Assembly (NCBI GenBank): GCA_965263035.1
Contig: OZ253580.1
Location: 4,576,001-4,640,000, forward strand
DNA length: 64,000 nt
From: Acidobacteriota bacterium
GTDB taxonomy: Bacteria; Acidobacteriota; UBA6911; RPQK01; JAJDTT01
Direction: 5' to 3'
In this document: positions 1-9,930 of the stretch, in pieces
How positions within the stretch are numbered: the stretch's first letter is position 1
Layout: the number at the start of each line of letters is the position of its first letter
The notes under the pieces: model-generated
The model's input: only the letters and a program-made list of their open reading frames with translations
Database searches by the model: none
Told to the model about the DNA's origin: nothing
Position numbers and translations under genes: made by a program

Positions 1-1368
1 GGAGCCAGCCTTCGCCTGGGCACGCCGTTGCCCGGCGGGGTGGCCGTCCGCTTCAACGATCCCGTGGAAGACGACACGGCCTTTTACACCACCATCTTCA
101 AGGACGGCGACATCTACCGCATGTACTACCGGGGTGCGCTCTTCGAGAGGAAGACCACCTGCTACGCCGAGAGCCGTGACGGGATCAATTGGACGAAGCC
201 GGACCTGGGACTGGTCTCCATCGACGGCTCCGCTCGAAACCACGTGATCCTGCCCGAGGCGCGCCAGTTCGTCGCCTTCATCGACGGGCGGCCCGGCGTG
301 CCCGCCTCGGAGCGTTACAAGGGGACTTCGCGGGGACCCGTCGAGCCCAACGCCCTGGTGGGCTTCCTCTCCGGCGACGGCATCCGCTGGCGGATGCTCC
401 GGGACGAGCCCATCGTGCCCAAGGTCCTGATCAACCACTTCGATTCGCAGAACGTCATGTTCTGGTCGGAGGCCGAAGAGCGATACGTGCTCTACGCCCG
501 GCACATGGAAGGAGGCCGCCGCGCCACGGCGCGGTCCACCTCCAAGGACTTCATCAACTGGACTCCCCAGGTCCTCATGAGCTACAGCGACACGGGCACG
601 ACGACTCCCTCGCACCACCTCTACACGAACCAGACCCAGCCCTATTTCCGGGCGCCCCACATCTACATCTCGCTGCCGGCCCGGATCATCTTCGCCGATC
701 CGCGGCACATCAAGCGCGAGGAGGACAAGGAGCTGGCAAGGGGGCGCCAACGCATCATCACGCCCGAGCTCCGGGACTTCGTCAAGGAGAACATGCCCCT
801 GATGGGAACGGCGGGGACGGGAGACCACTCCGACGGCGTCCTGCTCACCAGCCGGGCCGGGTCCACGGTCTACGACTTCACCTTCCGGGAGAGCTTCGTC
901 CGGCCCGGAATCGGCGTCAACAACTGGACGACCCGGACCAACTATCCGGCCTGCGGCATCGTCCCCACCGGTGACGGCGAGATGTCCTTCTACGTGCAGC
1001 GGAACTATGGGCAGAAAGACACGGCGTACCTGGAACGGATGACGCTGCGCCTGGACGGCTTCGCCAGCCTGCACGCGCCCTATCAAGGGGGCGAGATGGT
1101 CACCAAGCCGTTGCGCTTCAAGGGAAACCGGCTGGAGATCAACTACGCCACCAGCGCGGCCGGGAGCCTCCGGATCGAGATCCAGGACCCCAAGGGCCAG
1201 CCGATTCCAGGGTTCACGTTGGACGAGTGTCCCGAGATCATCGGCGACGAGATCGAGCGGAACGTCGCCTGGAAGGGAGATCCCGACCTGAGATCGCTGT
1301 CGGGCAAGCCGGTGCGGATTCGTGTGGTCCTGAAGGACGCCGACCTCTACTCCATCCGTTTCCACTGA
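1..1368 (+). CDS. Beta-propeller glycoside hydrolase-like protein (GH43/32/130-like), copy 1, 5' end outside window
   Basis: Frame open from base 1 (GASLRLGTPLPGG...). Repeated Asp-box-like motifs (YAESRDGINWTKP, SGDGIRW, STSKDFINWT), FDSQN motif, C-terminal RLDGF...DADLYSIRF. Near-identical to 5765-7162. Confidence 0.6.
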   Translation, partial: GASLRLGTPLPGGVAVRFNDPVEDDTAFYTTIFKDGDIYRMYYRGALFERKTTCYAESRDGINWTKPDLGLVSIDGSARNHVILPEARQFVAFIDGRPGVPASERYKGTSRGPVEPNALVGFLSGDGIRWRMLRDEPIVPKVLINHFDSQNVMFWSEAEERYVLYARHMEGGRRATARSTSKDFINWTPQVLMSYSDTGTTTPSHHLYTNQTQPYFRAPHIYISLPARIIFADPRHIKREEDKELARGRQRIITPELRDFVKENMPLMGTAGTGDHSDGVLLTSRAGSTVYDFTFRESFVRPGIGVNNWTTRTNYPACGIVPTGDGEMSFYVQRNYGQKDTAYLERMTLRLDGFASLHAPYQGGEMVTKPLRFKGNRLEINYATSAAGSLRIEIQDPKGQPIPGFTLDECPEIIGDEIERNVAWKGDPDLRSLSGKPVRIRVVLKDADLYSIRFH

Positions 1369-1387
1369 CGCGGCCACGGTGCAGGAA

Positions 1388-3057
1388 ATGAAAAAACACG
1401 GGTTCCTCCTGGCATTCCTGTTGGGCGTCCTCTCCTGCGGCAGCCCTTCCCCGACCCCGAACGTCGCCTCGAAAGGGGAGCCGAAGCGGGAGCGGCGGGT
1501 CCTTTACTACGACTCCGCCGCCGTCCAGTCGCACAGCTACCTGGACCGGGGGAAGGTGGAGCCGTACATGAGCCTCATCTACGACATCCAAACCCACGAC
1601 GATTTCCTGGACGCCAGCGTGCGCATGGTCAAGGGAACCCAGGTGGACACCTACCTGTGGCACATCGGAAACGGGGCCGAGCCGCCGTGGAATATTCCAA
1701 CGGATCTGCTCTGGTCCTGTTTCGATTCCTACGAGCAGGTGAATGACATCGTCATCCGGGCCTGCCGTGAACAGGGTTTGGAGGTCTGGGCGTCGATGCG
1801 CATGAGCGATCTTCACGCGGCCTTCCGGTCCCGGACCCTGGAGGAATTGGACGATGTCTTCAAGACACAACACCCCGAGTACCTGATGGCGCCGATGACG
1901 GACCGCCAGCTCCCGTCCGAGCTGACGGAGCAGCGTCTCTGGGTGTCGTTCGACTACACCCATCCGGAGGTTCGGCAGCATCGTCTCGACTACATCGCGA
2001 AGACCGCCGCCAACCACGACTTCGACGGCTACGAGCTGGACTTCAACCGCATGGGGATCCACTTCCCCATGGGGCAGGGACGGCAAAAAGCCCATCTGAT
2101 TACGGACCTGATGCGGCAGATTCGGGAGCGGCTGAACGCCATCGGAGACGAGCGGGGACGGCCCTACACCCTGGCGGTCCACGTGATGGATTCCCTGGAG
2201 ACCAACCTGGAGATCGGTCTGGACATGGAGGCCTGGGCCCGGGAGGGGCTGGTGGACGCGCTGCTGGTGGGCCTGGGATACATGCCCGACCAGTTGGCCA
2301 TCGGCCAATGGGTGCGGCTGGCCGGGGAGACGGGAGTGCAGGTGTATCCGTCCATCAATCCCAACACCATGCGGGCGGGGGCCTGGGAGACTCTGCGGGG
2401 CAAGCCTCTGTTCCGCGAGGGAATGCGGGCGTATGCCGACTACTACCTGGACCAGGGCGCCGACGGCATCTACCTGTTCAACTTCCGGCACGAGCCGACA
2501 CAACGGCTGACCGAGGAGGAGTTCGAGGGGGTGCTGAGCGAGTTGGGAGCGCCCGAGACCATGGCCGGCAAGGACAAGGTCTACGCCATCAACCCCACGG
2601 CGCATAGCGGCGGGCCGTTCTATCACGGTTCCGAGCCGGCGCTTCTGCCCATCGTGTTGGACCGGGTCGAGCGGAAGTTGCGGATTCATTTGGGTCCCGC
2701 TGCCGAAGACTCGCAGGCAGCCTGCGACTGAGCGTCTTCACGGCCAAGGCCGGAAAGGGGACCACTCTCTGGGTTCGACTCAACCACACCCTGTTAACCG
2801 ACGCCGAGAGGGAAGGGGACTGGTTCCACTTCCAGGTGCCTGCGGGTGTGGCGCGTAACGGAATGAACGAGGTGGGCCTGATCTCGAACGTCCCCGCCGC
2901 CGGCCCCTTCGCGGGTCTGATCGGTCCCCCCAACGCGGATCCGGCCGAGTTCCTGAAGCAAGCCTTCGGCCGCGTCAAGAACGTCATCCAGCGCGACCAG
3001 GACCCGGTTGTGGTCCATCAGGTTTTCCTGGAGATAAGCTACGCTGAGGCGTCCTGA
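1388..3057 (+). pseudogene. TIM-barrel glycoside hydrolase-like (GHL10-like) lipoprotein, copy 1, frameshifted
   Basis: Lipoprotein signal MKKHGFLLAFLLGVLSC; motifs DYTHPEVR, DFDGYELDF, GADGIYLFNF. One C missing at ~2718 (CAG GC AGC vs CAG GCC AGC in copy 2) gives a stop at 2731; the rest of the protein continues in another frame to 3057. Confidence 0.75.
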
Positions 3058-3171
3058 CATGCCTCGGCATCTGTGACCGCGTCCACGAACAGCGGGCGGG
3101 GGTTTTGCTGGTCGAAGTGTCACTGCATTGCGAGCAACTCTTGTACCAGAGACCCTTGTGACCGCCTGTCG

Positions 3172-3516
3172 TTACCGTTCACCTGAATGCAGCGCAGGTC
3201 GAGTGCCGTAACGGCTCTCGCCACGGGCTGCCAGGGTCGCAGCCGGTTTGATATCGGCAATCAGTTGGCTCCTGTCTCCCGCCAGCTTGCGGAAGTCGCA
3301 CTCGACTTGGATGCCATGCCAGAACTTGTCCGACTGACCGAAGAAGGCCCCAAAACGAATCGACATGGGCGGAGTGATCGACCGCCGCCCAAGGACGATT
3401 TCGTTTATGGCCCTCGGGGAGACACCGATGGCGCGGGCCATGACATTCTGTGAAATCCCCATCGGCTTGAGGTATTCCTCGAGCAGAATTTCTCCGGGTG
3501 TAATGGAGTCTTTCAT
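3172..3516 (-). CDS. higA: HigA-family addiction module antitoxin (XRE HTH), orphan copy 1
   Basis: [24 protein letters not shown]...[12 protein letters not shown]...FWHGIQ; 114 aa, same length as the copies at 8967 and 25159. Confidence 0.9.
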   Translation of the reverse strand: MKDSITPGEILLEEYLKPMGISQNVMARAIGVSPRAINEIVLGRRSITPPMSIRFGAFFGQSDKFWHGIQVECDFRKLAGDRSQLIADIKPAATLAARGESRYGTRPALHSGER

Positions 3517-3785
3517 ATCCATTCGGGGCTGTGATGCTACTTGAAGCCGGTGGCGAGGTTCGTTTCCAGACACGACCGGTCGAAGGGCTGGAGCGCAAAG
3601 TTCCACGAACTCAGTTCGGAACCTATCTGAAGTTTCGTCGCCAAGTGCTCGATGCGTTTCGCAGCTACCAGTTCCCCGTCATCCAGCTCCATCTCTCCGT
3701 CCGCGTGACATGATCCAAGACCATCCCGTCGGTATCCTTCTGCCATCCTGGGATTCCAAGGAGTTTGATGTATCCTGAGTTTCCA

Positions 3786-4465
3786 ATGAACAGCAACGAT
3801 CTGAACTGGATCGCCAACTACATCTGGGGTATCGCCGACGACGTGCTGCGCGACCTCTACGTTCGCGGAAAGTACCGTGACGTTATTCTTCCATAACCGT
3901 CCTGCGACGGTTGGATGCGGTGCTGGAAGACAGTAAACAAGCCGTGCTGGAGATGAAAGCCACTCTCGACGCAGTAGGTGTGGTCGAGCAAGATCCGGCC
4001 CTGCAGGAGGCGGCGGGACGGGCTTTCTACAACACCTCGAAGTTCACCTTGCGCGGCTTGAGGTCCCGCGCTAACCGCCAGCAGCTCACGGCTGACTTTG
4101 AGGCCTACCTCGACACCGGAAAAAGATCCACAAGCGAGGGACAAGAGCTGACCCGCTGCTCGGCCTGTTCGCGACCACCGTCAACGGGCGATCTGCCGTG
4201 GTGGAGTACGAACCGGACACCGATTTGCGCGACACCGAGCAGATCCCTCTACCGGACGCGAGAGGCATTGACGGGTTCCTGAGTCGCGAGGTCCTTCCCT
4301 ATGCCGGCGACGCATGGTATCCGCCCAAGAAAAATGAAGATCGGCTACGAGATCAGTTTCAACCGGTATTTTTTCAAGCCGCAGCCGATGCGGTCGCTGG
4401 AGGAGATTCGAGCGGATATCCTGGCGCTGGAGAAAGAATCGGACGGGCTGCTTGACGAGATTCTT
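3786..4465 (+). pseudogene. hsdM: Internally deleted type I R-M hsdM relic (5' part joined to 3' part)
   Basis: MNSNDLNWIANYIWGIADDVLRDLYVRGKYRDVILP matches the hsdM start at 30868. At ~4115 the sequence jumps to the hsdM C-terminus (VEYEPDTDLRDTEQIPL, KIGYEISFNRYF, LEEIRADILALE). Several frameshifts. Confidence 0.9.
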
Positions 4466-4553
4466 GGCTGTCGACCGATCAATCAGGCCGCTCCGGGCTC
4501 AGGAGCGGACACCACTCGCAACAGGGAGTCGCGGAACTGACGGGAGGAAAACG

Positions 4554-4766
4554 ATGAGGCCAATGGAGATCATATTCGAGGTGACCGAGGCGGTCGAAGG
4601 TGGATACGATGCCAGGGCGCTCGGCTATGACATATTCACGCAGGGGGACGATTGGGACGACCTGAAGGCCATGGCTCGAGATGCGGTGCGCTGTTACTTC
4701 GAGGAAGCCAGTGTGCCCAGGGTGATTCGGCTCCACCTCGTCAGGGAAGAGGCCATCGCGGTGTGA
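4554..4766 (+). CDS. hicB: HicB-like antitoxin (short)
   Basis: MEIIFEVTEAVEGGYDARALGYDIFTQGDDWDDLKAMARDAV; stop overlaps the hicA start (GTGA). Confidence 0.75.
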   Translation: MRPMEIIFEVTEAVEGGYDARALGYDIFTQGDDWDDLKAMARDAVRCYFEEASVPRVIRLHLVREEAIAV

Positions 4767-5011
4767 AGCTGCCCAGGAATCTGTCGGGCGAACGGCTTGT
4801 CGGACTGTTGAGCCGTTATTATGGCTACCGCGTGAGTCGCCAAAGCGGCAGTCACATGAACGTGACGCTGACGGTAGGAGGCAAACGCCACAGCGTTGTC
4901 ATTCCCCGCCACCGACAGGTAAGCGTCGGGACTTTGAACGCGATTATCTCTGCCGTTGCCATATTCCACAGAGTCTCGAAACATGAAGTCCGCGAGCAAC
5001 TGTTCGGTTAG
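4763..5011 (+). CDS. hicA: HicA-family toxin (mRNA interferase)
   Basis: VKLPRNLSGERLVGLL...YRVSRQSGSH...VVIPRH...VGTLNAII: GSH and PxH...GTL signature. Confidence 0.85.
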   Translation: MKLPRNLSGERLVGLLSRYYGYRVSRQSGSHMNVTLTVGGKRHSVVIPRHRQVSVGTLNAIISAVAIFHRVSKHEVREQLFG

Positions 5012-5084
5012 TCACATGATCTCTGACTACCGTTTTGGCAACGCATGCGGTATCAGCCCTACCTTGGAAAACTTCGAGTTCCGC

Positions 5085-5345
5085 CACCGCTGGAGGAGAT
5101 TCGCGCCAACATGCTGCCAATGGAGAGGGAGACCAATGCGTTGTTCGGCGAGATCCTGGGCGAGGTGGGGTCATGATCGCCAATCTTGCGCCGTATCCGG
5201 CCTACAAGGACTCCGGCGTGGAGTGGTTGGGGAAGTGCCGGAGCATTGGGAAGTGCGGTGGCTGGGCCAGTTCGGGACGCTCTCGAAGGGCAATGGCGGC
5301 AACAAAGGCGATGAGGTTCCCTCCGGAATTCCCTGCGTTCGCTAT
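5085..5345 (+). pseudogene. hsdS: hsdM 3' tip plus hsdS 5' fragment
   Basis: PLEEIRANML... then ATGA overlap at 5173: MIANLAPYPAYKDSGVEWLG, frameshift, EVPEHWEVRWLGQFGTLSKGNGG. Homologous to 32760-32960. Confidence 0.85.
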
Positions 5346-5362
5346 GGCGGCCGCTGTCGAGC

Positions 5363-5614
5363 ATGGACAGGACAGAACGGGTGCGTGCCACTTACCTTCA
5401 TGCTTGCCTGCGATATGTGAACCGAGAATACCTGACCAACACTTCAGTGCGGCAGCGGTTCGGAATCGAAACTCGAAACAGCGCTAAGGCTTCACGACTG
5501 ATTGCAGAGGCTGTCAAGGCAGGTGCTATTGTGCCCGACGACCCGGCAGCGGCTCCCATGCTGATGCGCTATGTGCCGGAGTGGGCGAAGGTCGGGGGGC
5601 GCACCGCTACTTGA
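5363..5614 (+). pseudogene. C-terminal winged-helix fragment of an R-M-associated ATP-binding/transcriptional regulator
   Basis: RVRATYLHACLRYV...LTNTSVRQRFGI...ASRLI...YVPEWA resembles the C-terminus of AlbA_2/HATPase_c_4 proteins found in type I R-M operons (recognised from memory). N-terminal part absent. Confidence 0.55.
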
Positions 5615-5764
5615 TCAGATGCCACCGAGCAAACGTTCCATGATTTGTCAGGGCCAATAAGGTGTTTGTATTCAACTAGTTGCACACAACGTGTTTACTT
5701 GACGGGTACTTGACAGGATGCTGAGTGGGGACTGACCCCATCGACCGCGGCATCGAGCGCCTCC

Positions 5765-7162
5765 TTGGATCACCTGCTGGTCGACCGGCTCGTCGGAGCC
5801 AGCCTGCGCCTCGGCACGCCGCTGCCGGGCGGGGTGGCGATTCGTTACGACAAACCCGTGGAAGACGCCACGGCCTTCTACACCACCGTCTTCAAGGACG
5901 GCGACCTCTACCGCATGTACTACCGGGGTGCGCTCTTCGAGAGGAAGACCACCTGCTACGCCGAGAGCCGCGACGGGATCCATTGGACCAAGCCCGACCT
6001 GGGACTGGTCTCAGTCGACGGCTCCTCTCAAAACCACGTGATCCTGCCCGAGGCGCGCCAGTTCGTCGCCTTCATCGACGGGCGGCCCGGCGTGCCCGCC
6101 TCGGAGCGCTACAAGGGGACTTCGCGGGGACCCGTCGAGCCCAACGCCCTGGTGGGCTTTCTCTCCGGCGACGGCATCCACTGGCGGATGCTCCGGGACG
6201 AGCCTATCGTGCCCAAGGTCCTGATCAACCACTTCGATTCGCAGAACGTCATGTTCTGGTCGGAGGTGGAAGAGCAGTACGTGCTCTACGCCCGGCACAT
6301 GGAGGGGGGACGACGCGCCACGGCGCGGTCCACCTCCAAGGATTTCATCAACTGGACCCCCCAGGTCCTCATGAGCTACAGCGACACCGGCACGACGACT
6401 CCCTCGCACCACCTCTACGCGAACCAGACCCAGCCCTATTTCCGGGCGCCCCACATCTACATCTCGCTGCCGGCCCGGATCATCTTCGCCGACCCGCGGC
6501 ACATCAAGCGCGAGGAGGACAAGGAGCTGGCACGGGGGCGCCAACGCATCATCACGCCCGAGCTCCGGGACTTCGTCAAGGAGAACATGCCGCTGATGGG
6601 CACCGCGGGGACGGGGGACCACTCCGACGGCGTCCTGCTCACCACCCGGGCCGGCTCCACGGTCTACGACTTCACCTTCCGGGAGAGCTTCGTCCGGCCC
6701 GGAATCGGCGTCAACAACTGGACGACCCGGACCAACTATCCGGCCTGCGGCATCGTCCCCACCGGCGACGGCGAGATGTCCTTCTACATGCAGCGGAACT
6801 ATGGGCAGAAAGGCACGGCGTACCTGGAACGGATGACGCTCCGCCTGGACGGCTTCGCCAGCCTGCACGCGCCCTATCAAGGGGGCGAGATGGTCACCAA
6901 GCCGTTGCGCTTCAAGGGAAACCGTCTGGAGATCAACTACGCCACCAGCGCGGCCGGGAGCCTCCGGATCGAGATCCAGGACCCCAAGGGCCAGCCGATT
7001 CCAGGGTTCACGTTGGACGAGTGTCCCGAGATCATCGGCGACGAGATCGAGCGGAACGTCGCCTGGAAGGGAGATCCCGACCTGAGATCGCTCTCCGGCA
7101 AGCCGGTACGGATGCGTGTGGTCCTGAAGGACGCCGACCTCTACTCCATCCGTTTCCACTGA
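5765..7162 (+). CDS. Beta-propeller glycoside hydrolase-like protein, copy 2 (probably 5'-truncated)
   Basis: Near-identical to 1-1368. Starts at TTG with no signal peptide; upstream sequence looks unrelated. Confidence 0.6.
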   Translation: MDHLLVDRLVGASLRLGTPLPGGVAIRYDKPVEDATAFYTTVFKDGDLYRMYYRGALFERKTTCYAESRDGIHWTKPDLGLVSVDGSSQNHVILPEARQFVAFIDGRPGVPASERYKGTSRGPVEPNALVGFLSGDGIHWRMLRDEPIVPKVLINHFDSQNVMFWSEVEEQYVLYARHMEGGRRATARSTSKDFINWTPQVLMSYSDTGTTTPSHHLYANQTQPYFRAPHIYISLPARIIFADPRHIKREEDKELARGRQRIITPELRDFVKENMPLMGTAGTGDHSDGVLLTTRAGSTVYDFTFRESFVRPGIGVNNWTTRTNYPACGIVPTGDGEMSFYMQRNYGQKGTAYLERMTLRLDGFASLHAPYQGGEMVTKPLRFKGNRLEINYATSAAGSLRIEIQDPKGQPIPGFTLDECPEIIGDEIERNVAWKGDPDLRSLSGKPVRMRVVLKDADLYSIRFH

Positions 7163-7181
7163 CGCGGCCACGGTGCAGGAA

Positions 7182-8852
7182 ATGAAAAAACACGGATTCC
7201 TCCTGGCGCTCATGTTGGGCATCCTCTCCTGCGGCAGCCCTTTCCCGACCCCGAACGTCGCCTCGAAAGGGGAGCCGAAGCGGGAGCGGCGGGTCCTTTA
7301 CTACGACTCCGCCGCCGTCCAGTCGCACAGCTACCTGGACCGCGGGAAGGTGGAACCGTACATGAGCCTCATCTACGACATCCAAACCCACGACGACTTC
7401 CTGGACGCCAGCGTGCGCATGGTCAAGGGAACCCAGGTGGACACCTACCTGTGGCACATCGGAAATGGGGCTGAGCCGCCGTGGAATATTCCAACGGATC
7501 TGCTTTGGTCCTGTTTTGATTCCTACGAGCAGGTGAATGACATCGTCATCCGGGCCTGCCGTGAACAGGGGTTGGAGGTCTGGGCGTCCGTGCGCATGAG
7601 CGATCTTCACGCGGCCTTCCGGTCCCGGACCCTGGAGGAATTGGACGACGTCTTCAAGACGCAACACCCCGAATACCTGATGGCGCCGATGACGGACCGC
7701 CAGCTCCCTTCCGAGCTGACCGAACAGCGCCTCTGGGTGTCGCTCGACTACACCCATCCGGAGGTTCGGCAGCATCGTCTCGACTACATCGCGAAGACCG
7801 CCGCCAACCACGACTTCGACGGCTACGAGCTGGACTTCAACCGCATGGGGATCCACTTCCCCATGGGACAGGGACGCCGGAACGCCCACCTGATGACGGA
7901 CCTGATGCGGCAGATCCGGGAGCGGCTGAACGCCATCGGAGACCAGCGGGGGCGGCCCTACACCCTGGCGGTCCACGTGATGGATTCCCTGGAGACCAAC
8001 CTGGAGATCGGTCTGGACATGGAGGCCTGGGCCCGGGAGGGGCTGGTGGACGTGCTGCTGGTGGGCCTGGGATACATGCCCGACCAGTTGGCCATTGGCC
8101 AATGGGTGCGGTTGGCTGGGGAGACGGGAGTGCAGGTGTATCCGTCCATCAATCCCAACACCATGCGGGCGGGCGCTTGGGAGACTCTGCGGGGTAAGCC
8201 TCTGTTCCGCGAGGGAATGCGGGCGTACGCCGACTACTACCTGGACCAGGGCGCCGACGGCATCTACCTGTTCAACTTCCGGCATGAGCCGACGCAAAGG
8301 CTGACCGAGGAGGAGTTCGAGGGGGTGCTGAGCGAGTTGGGAGAGCCCGAGACCATGGCCGGCGAGGACAAGGTCTACGCCATCAACCCTACGGCGCACA
8401 GTGGCGGGCCGTTCTATCACGGCTCCGAGCCGGCGCTTCTGCCGATCGTGCTGGACCGGGTCGAACGGAAGCTGCGACTCCATCTGGGTCCCGCCGCCGA
8501 AGACCAGCAGGCCAGCCTGCGTTTGAGCGTCTACACGGCTAAGGCCGGAAAGGCGACCATTCTCTGGGCGCGTCTCAATCACACTCTGTTGTCCGAGCCG
8601 GAACGGGACGGGGATTGGTTCCACTTCCAGGTTCCTGCGGGTGTGGCTCGGAGTGGAATGAACAAGGTGGGCCTAGTTTCGAACGTTCCCGCCGCCGGCC
8701 CCTTCGCGGGCCTAATCGGTCCCCCCAACGCCGACCCGGCGGAGTTCCTGAAGCAGGCCTTCGGCCGCGTCAAGAACGTCGTCCAGCCCGACCAGGAGCC
8801 GGTGGTGGTCCACCAGATCTTTTTGGAAATCAGCTACGCTGAGGCGTCCTGA
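7182..8852 (+). CDS. TIM-barrel glycoside hydrolase-like (GHL10-like) lipoprotein, copy 2, intact
   Basis: Lipobox ILSC; DFDGYELDF, GADGIYLFNF; 556 aa from ATG 7182. Confidence 0.75.
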   Translation: MKKHGFLLALMLGILSCGSPFPTPNVASKGEPKRERRVLYYDSAAVQSHSYLDRGKVEPYMSLIYDIQTHDDFLDASVRMVKGTQVDTYLWHIGNGAEPPWNIPTDLLWSCFDSYEQVNDIVIRACREQGLEVWASVRMSDLHAAFRSRTLEELDDVFKTQHPEYLMAPMTDRQLPSELTEQRLWVSLDYTHPEVRQHRLDYIAKTAANHDFDGYELDFNRMGIHFPMGQGRRNAHLMTDLMRQIRERLNAIGDQRGRPYTLAVHVMDSLETNLEIGLDMEAWAREGLVDVLLVGLGYMPDQLAIGQWVRLAGETGVQVYPSINPNTMRAGAWETLRGKPLFREGMRAYADYYLDQGADGIYLFNFRHEPTQRLTEEEFEGVLSELGEPETMAGEDKVYAINPTAHSGGPFYHGSEPALLPIVLDRVERKLRLHLGPAAEDQQASLRLSVYTAKAGKATILWARLNHTLLSEPERDGDWFHFQVPAGVARSGMNKVGLVSNVPAAGPFAGLIGPPNADPAEFLKQAFGRVKNVVQPDQEPVVVHQIFLEISYAEAS

Positions 8853-8966
8853 CGCGCCTGGGCCTCCAGTGCTAGGTCCACGATCAACGGACTGGAGCCG
8901 CGCTGGTCGAAGCATCATTGCGTTGGGAGCAACTCTTGTAGCTGCGACCCTTGTGGCCGCCTGTCG

Positions 8967-9311
8967 TTACCGTTCACCAGCATGCAGCGCAGGTCGAATG
9001 CCGTGGCGGCTTTCGCCTTGGGCTACCAGGGCCGCAGCCGGTTGAATGCCGGCAATCAGTCTGTTCCTGTCCCCCGCTAGCTTGCGGAAGTCGCACTCGA
9101 CTTGGATGCCATGCCAGAACTTGTCCGACTGACCGAAGAAGGCGCCAAAACGAATCGACATGGGCGGAGTGATCGACCGCCGGCCAAGGCCGATTTCGTT
9201 TATCGTCCTCGGTGAGACACCGACGGCGCCGACCATGGCATTCTGTGAAATCCCCATCGGCTTGAGGTATTCTTCAAGCAAAATCTCTCCGAGCGTGATG
9301 GGCTCTTTCAT
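8967..9311 (-). CDS. higA: HigA-family antitoxin, copy 2
   Basis: [24 protein letters not shown]...; directly downstream of a higB relic. Confidence 0.9.
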   Translation of the reverse strand: MKEPITLGEILLEEYLKPMGISQNAMVGAVGVSPRTINEIGLGRRSITPPMSIRFGAFFGQSDKFWHGIQVECDFRKLAGDRNRLIAGIQPAAALVAQGESRHGIRPALHAGER

Positions 9312-9320
9312 ATCTATATC

Positions 9321-9334
9321 CTATAATATTATAG
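9321..9334. promoter_or_regulatory. Palindrome upstream of higA (probable operator overlapping a TATAAT box)
   Basis: Perfect palindrome CTATAATATTATAG about 10 bp upstream of the higA start; a related palindrome lies at 25512-25529. Confidence 0.55.
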
Positions 9335-9343
9335 CGTCATAAT

Positions 9344-9620
9344 TCAATGGTAGTCAAACTATCGCCACCTGTACTGGTCCGGCATCGGTCCACCTGAAGA
9401 CGATGCGCCACCGGTTGTTGACGCGAATGGAATGAAAATCTGAAAGTGGACGCTTGAGAGCTTCGAGCCTGTTGCCGGGCCATATGGCATGATCCCGGAG
9501 CACACGGGCTTGAGTCATCTGGATCAATTTTCGTAGCGCAACTCGCGATATATTGGCGAACTGGCGGTTGTTTTCGATTCCAAATGGTCTTTCTTGGCTT
9601 CGTCCGAAAATGATTGAATC
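9344..9620 (-). pseudogene. higB: HigB/RelE-family toxin, degenerate
   Basis: VALRKL...PGNRLEALK...HSIRVNNRWRIVFRW. An extra T converts the usual terminal IVDYH* (ATA GTT GAC TAC CAT TGA) into IV*; no clean start codon. Confidence 0.75.
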
Positions 9621-9930
9621 ATGGAACTCTTGTGGAAAAGAGGCATGCTTGCCTGTGTTTGGCAATAGTCGGTTACACGACCTTTGCAGATCACCTGTTT
9701 GACCTGCTCCGCGTCGTGCTCCGGAATCGGTCACCGGACGAGAGCGGTCGGTAAAGATAACGGGCTAGACGTTCCCAGTGGAGGCGAAGGCGGATTCGTG
9801 ACTTATCATTCTATGATTAACCAGCTATCTTGTCTCGATGACTAGAACTTGACTCTAAAACACCAGTCGCTATCAGGTAGCCGTACCCACCCGTAAACCG
9901 CTCTCTTGACTGCAGAGTGGTCAATGTTTC

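Larger units (their letters stand above)
4380..5250 (+). repeat. hsdM-tip/hicBA/hsdS-tip module, repeated at 39610-40280
   Basis: Same order and near-identical intergenic sequence (e.g. CCGATCAATCAGGCCGCTCCGGGCTCAGGAGCGGA). Confidence 0.88.

Noticed and set aside
3520-3780. Short ORFs upstream of higA copy 1 as a toxin gene
   Set aside because: No HigB similarity, unlike the sequence upstream of copies 2 and 3.
4554-4766. Metabolic enzyme label (2-oxoisovalerate dehydrogenase) sometimes given to this small family
   Set aside because: 70 aa, HicB-like and translationally coupled to hicA.
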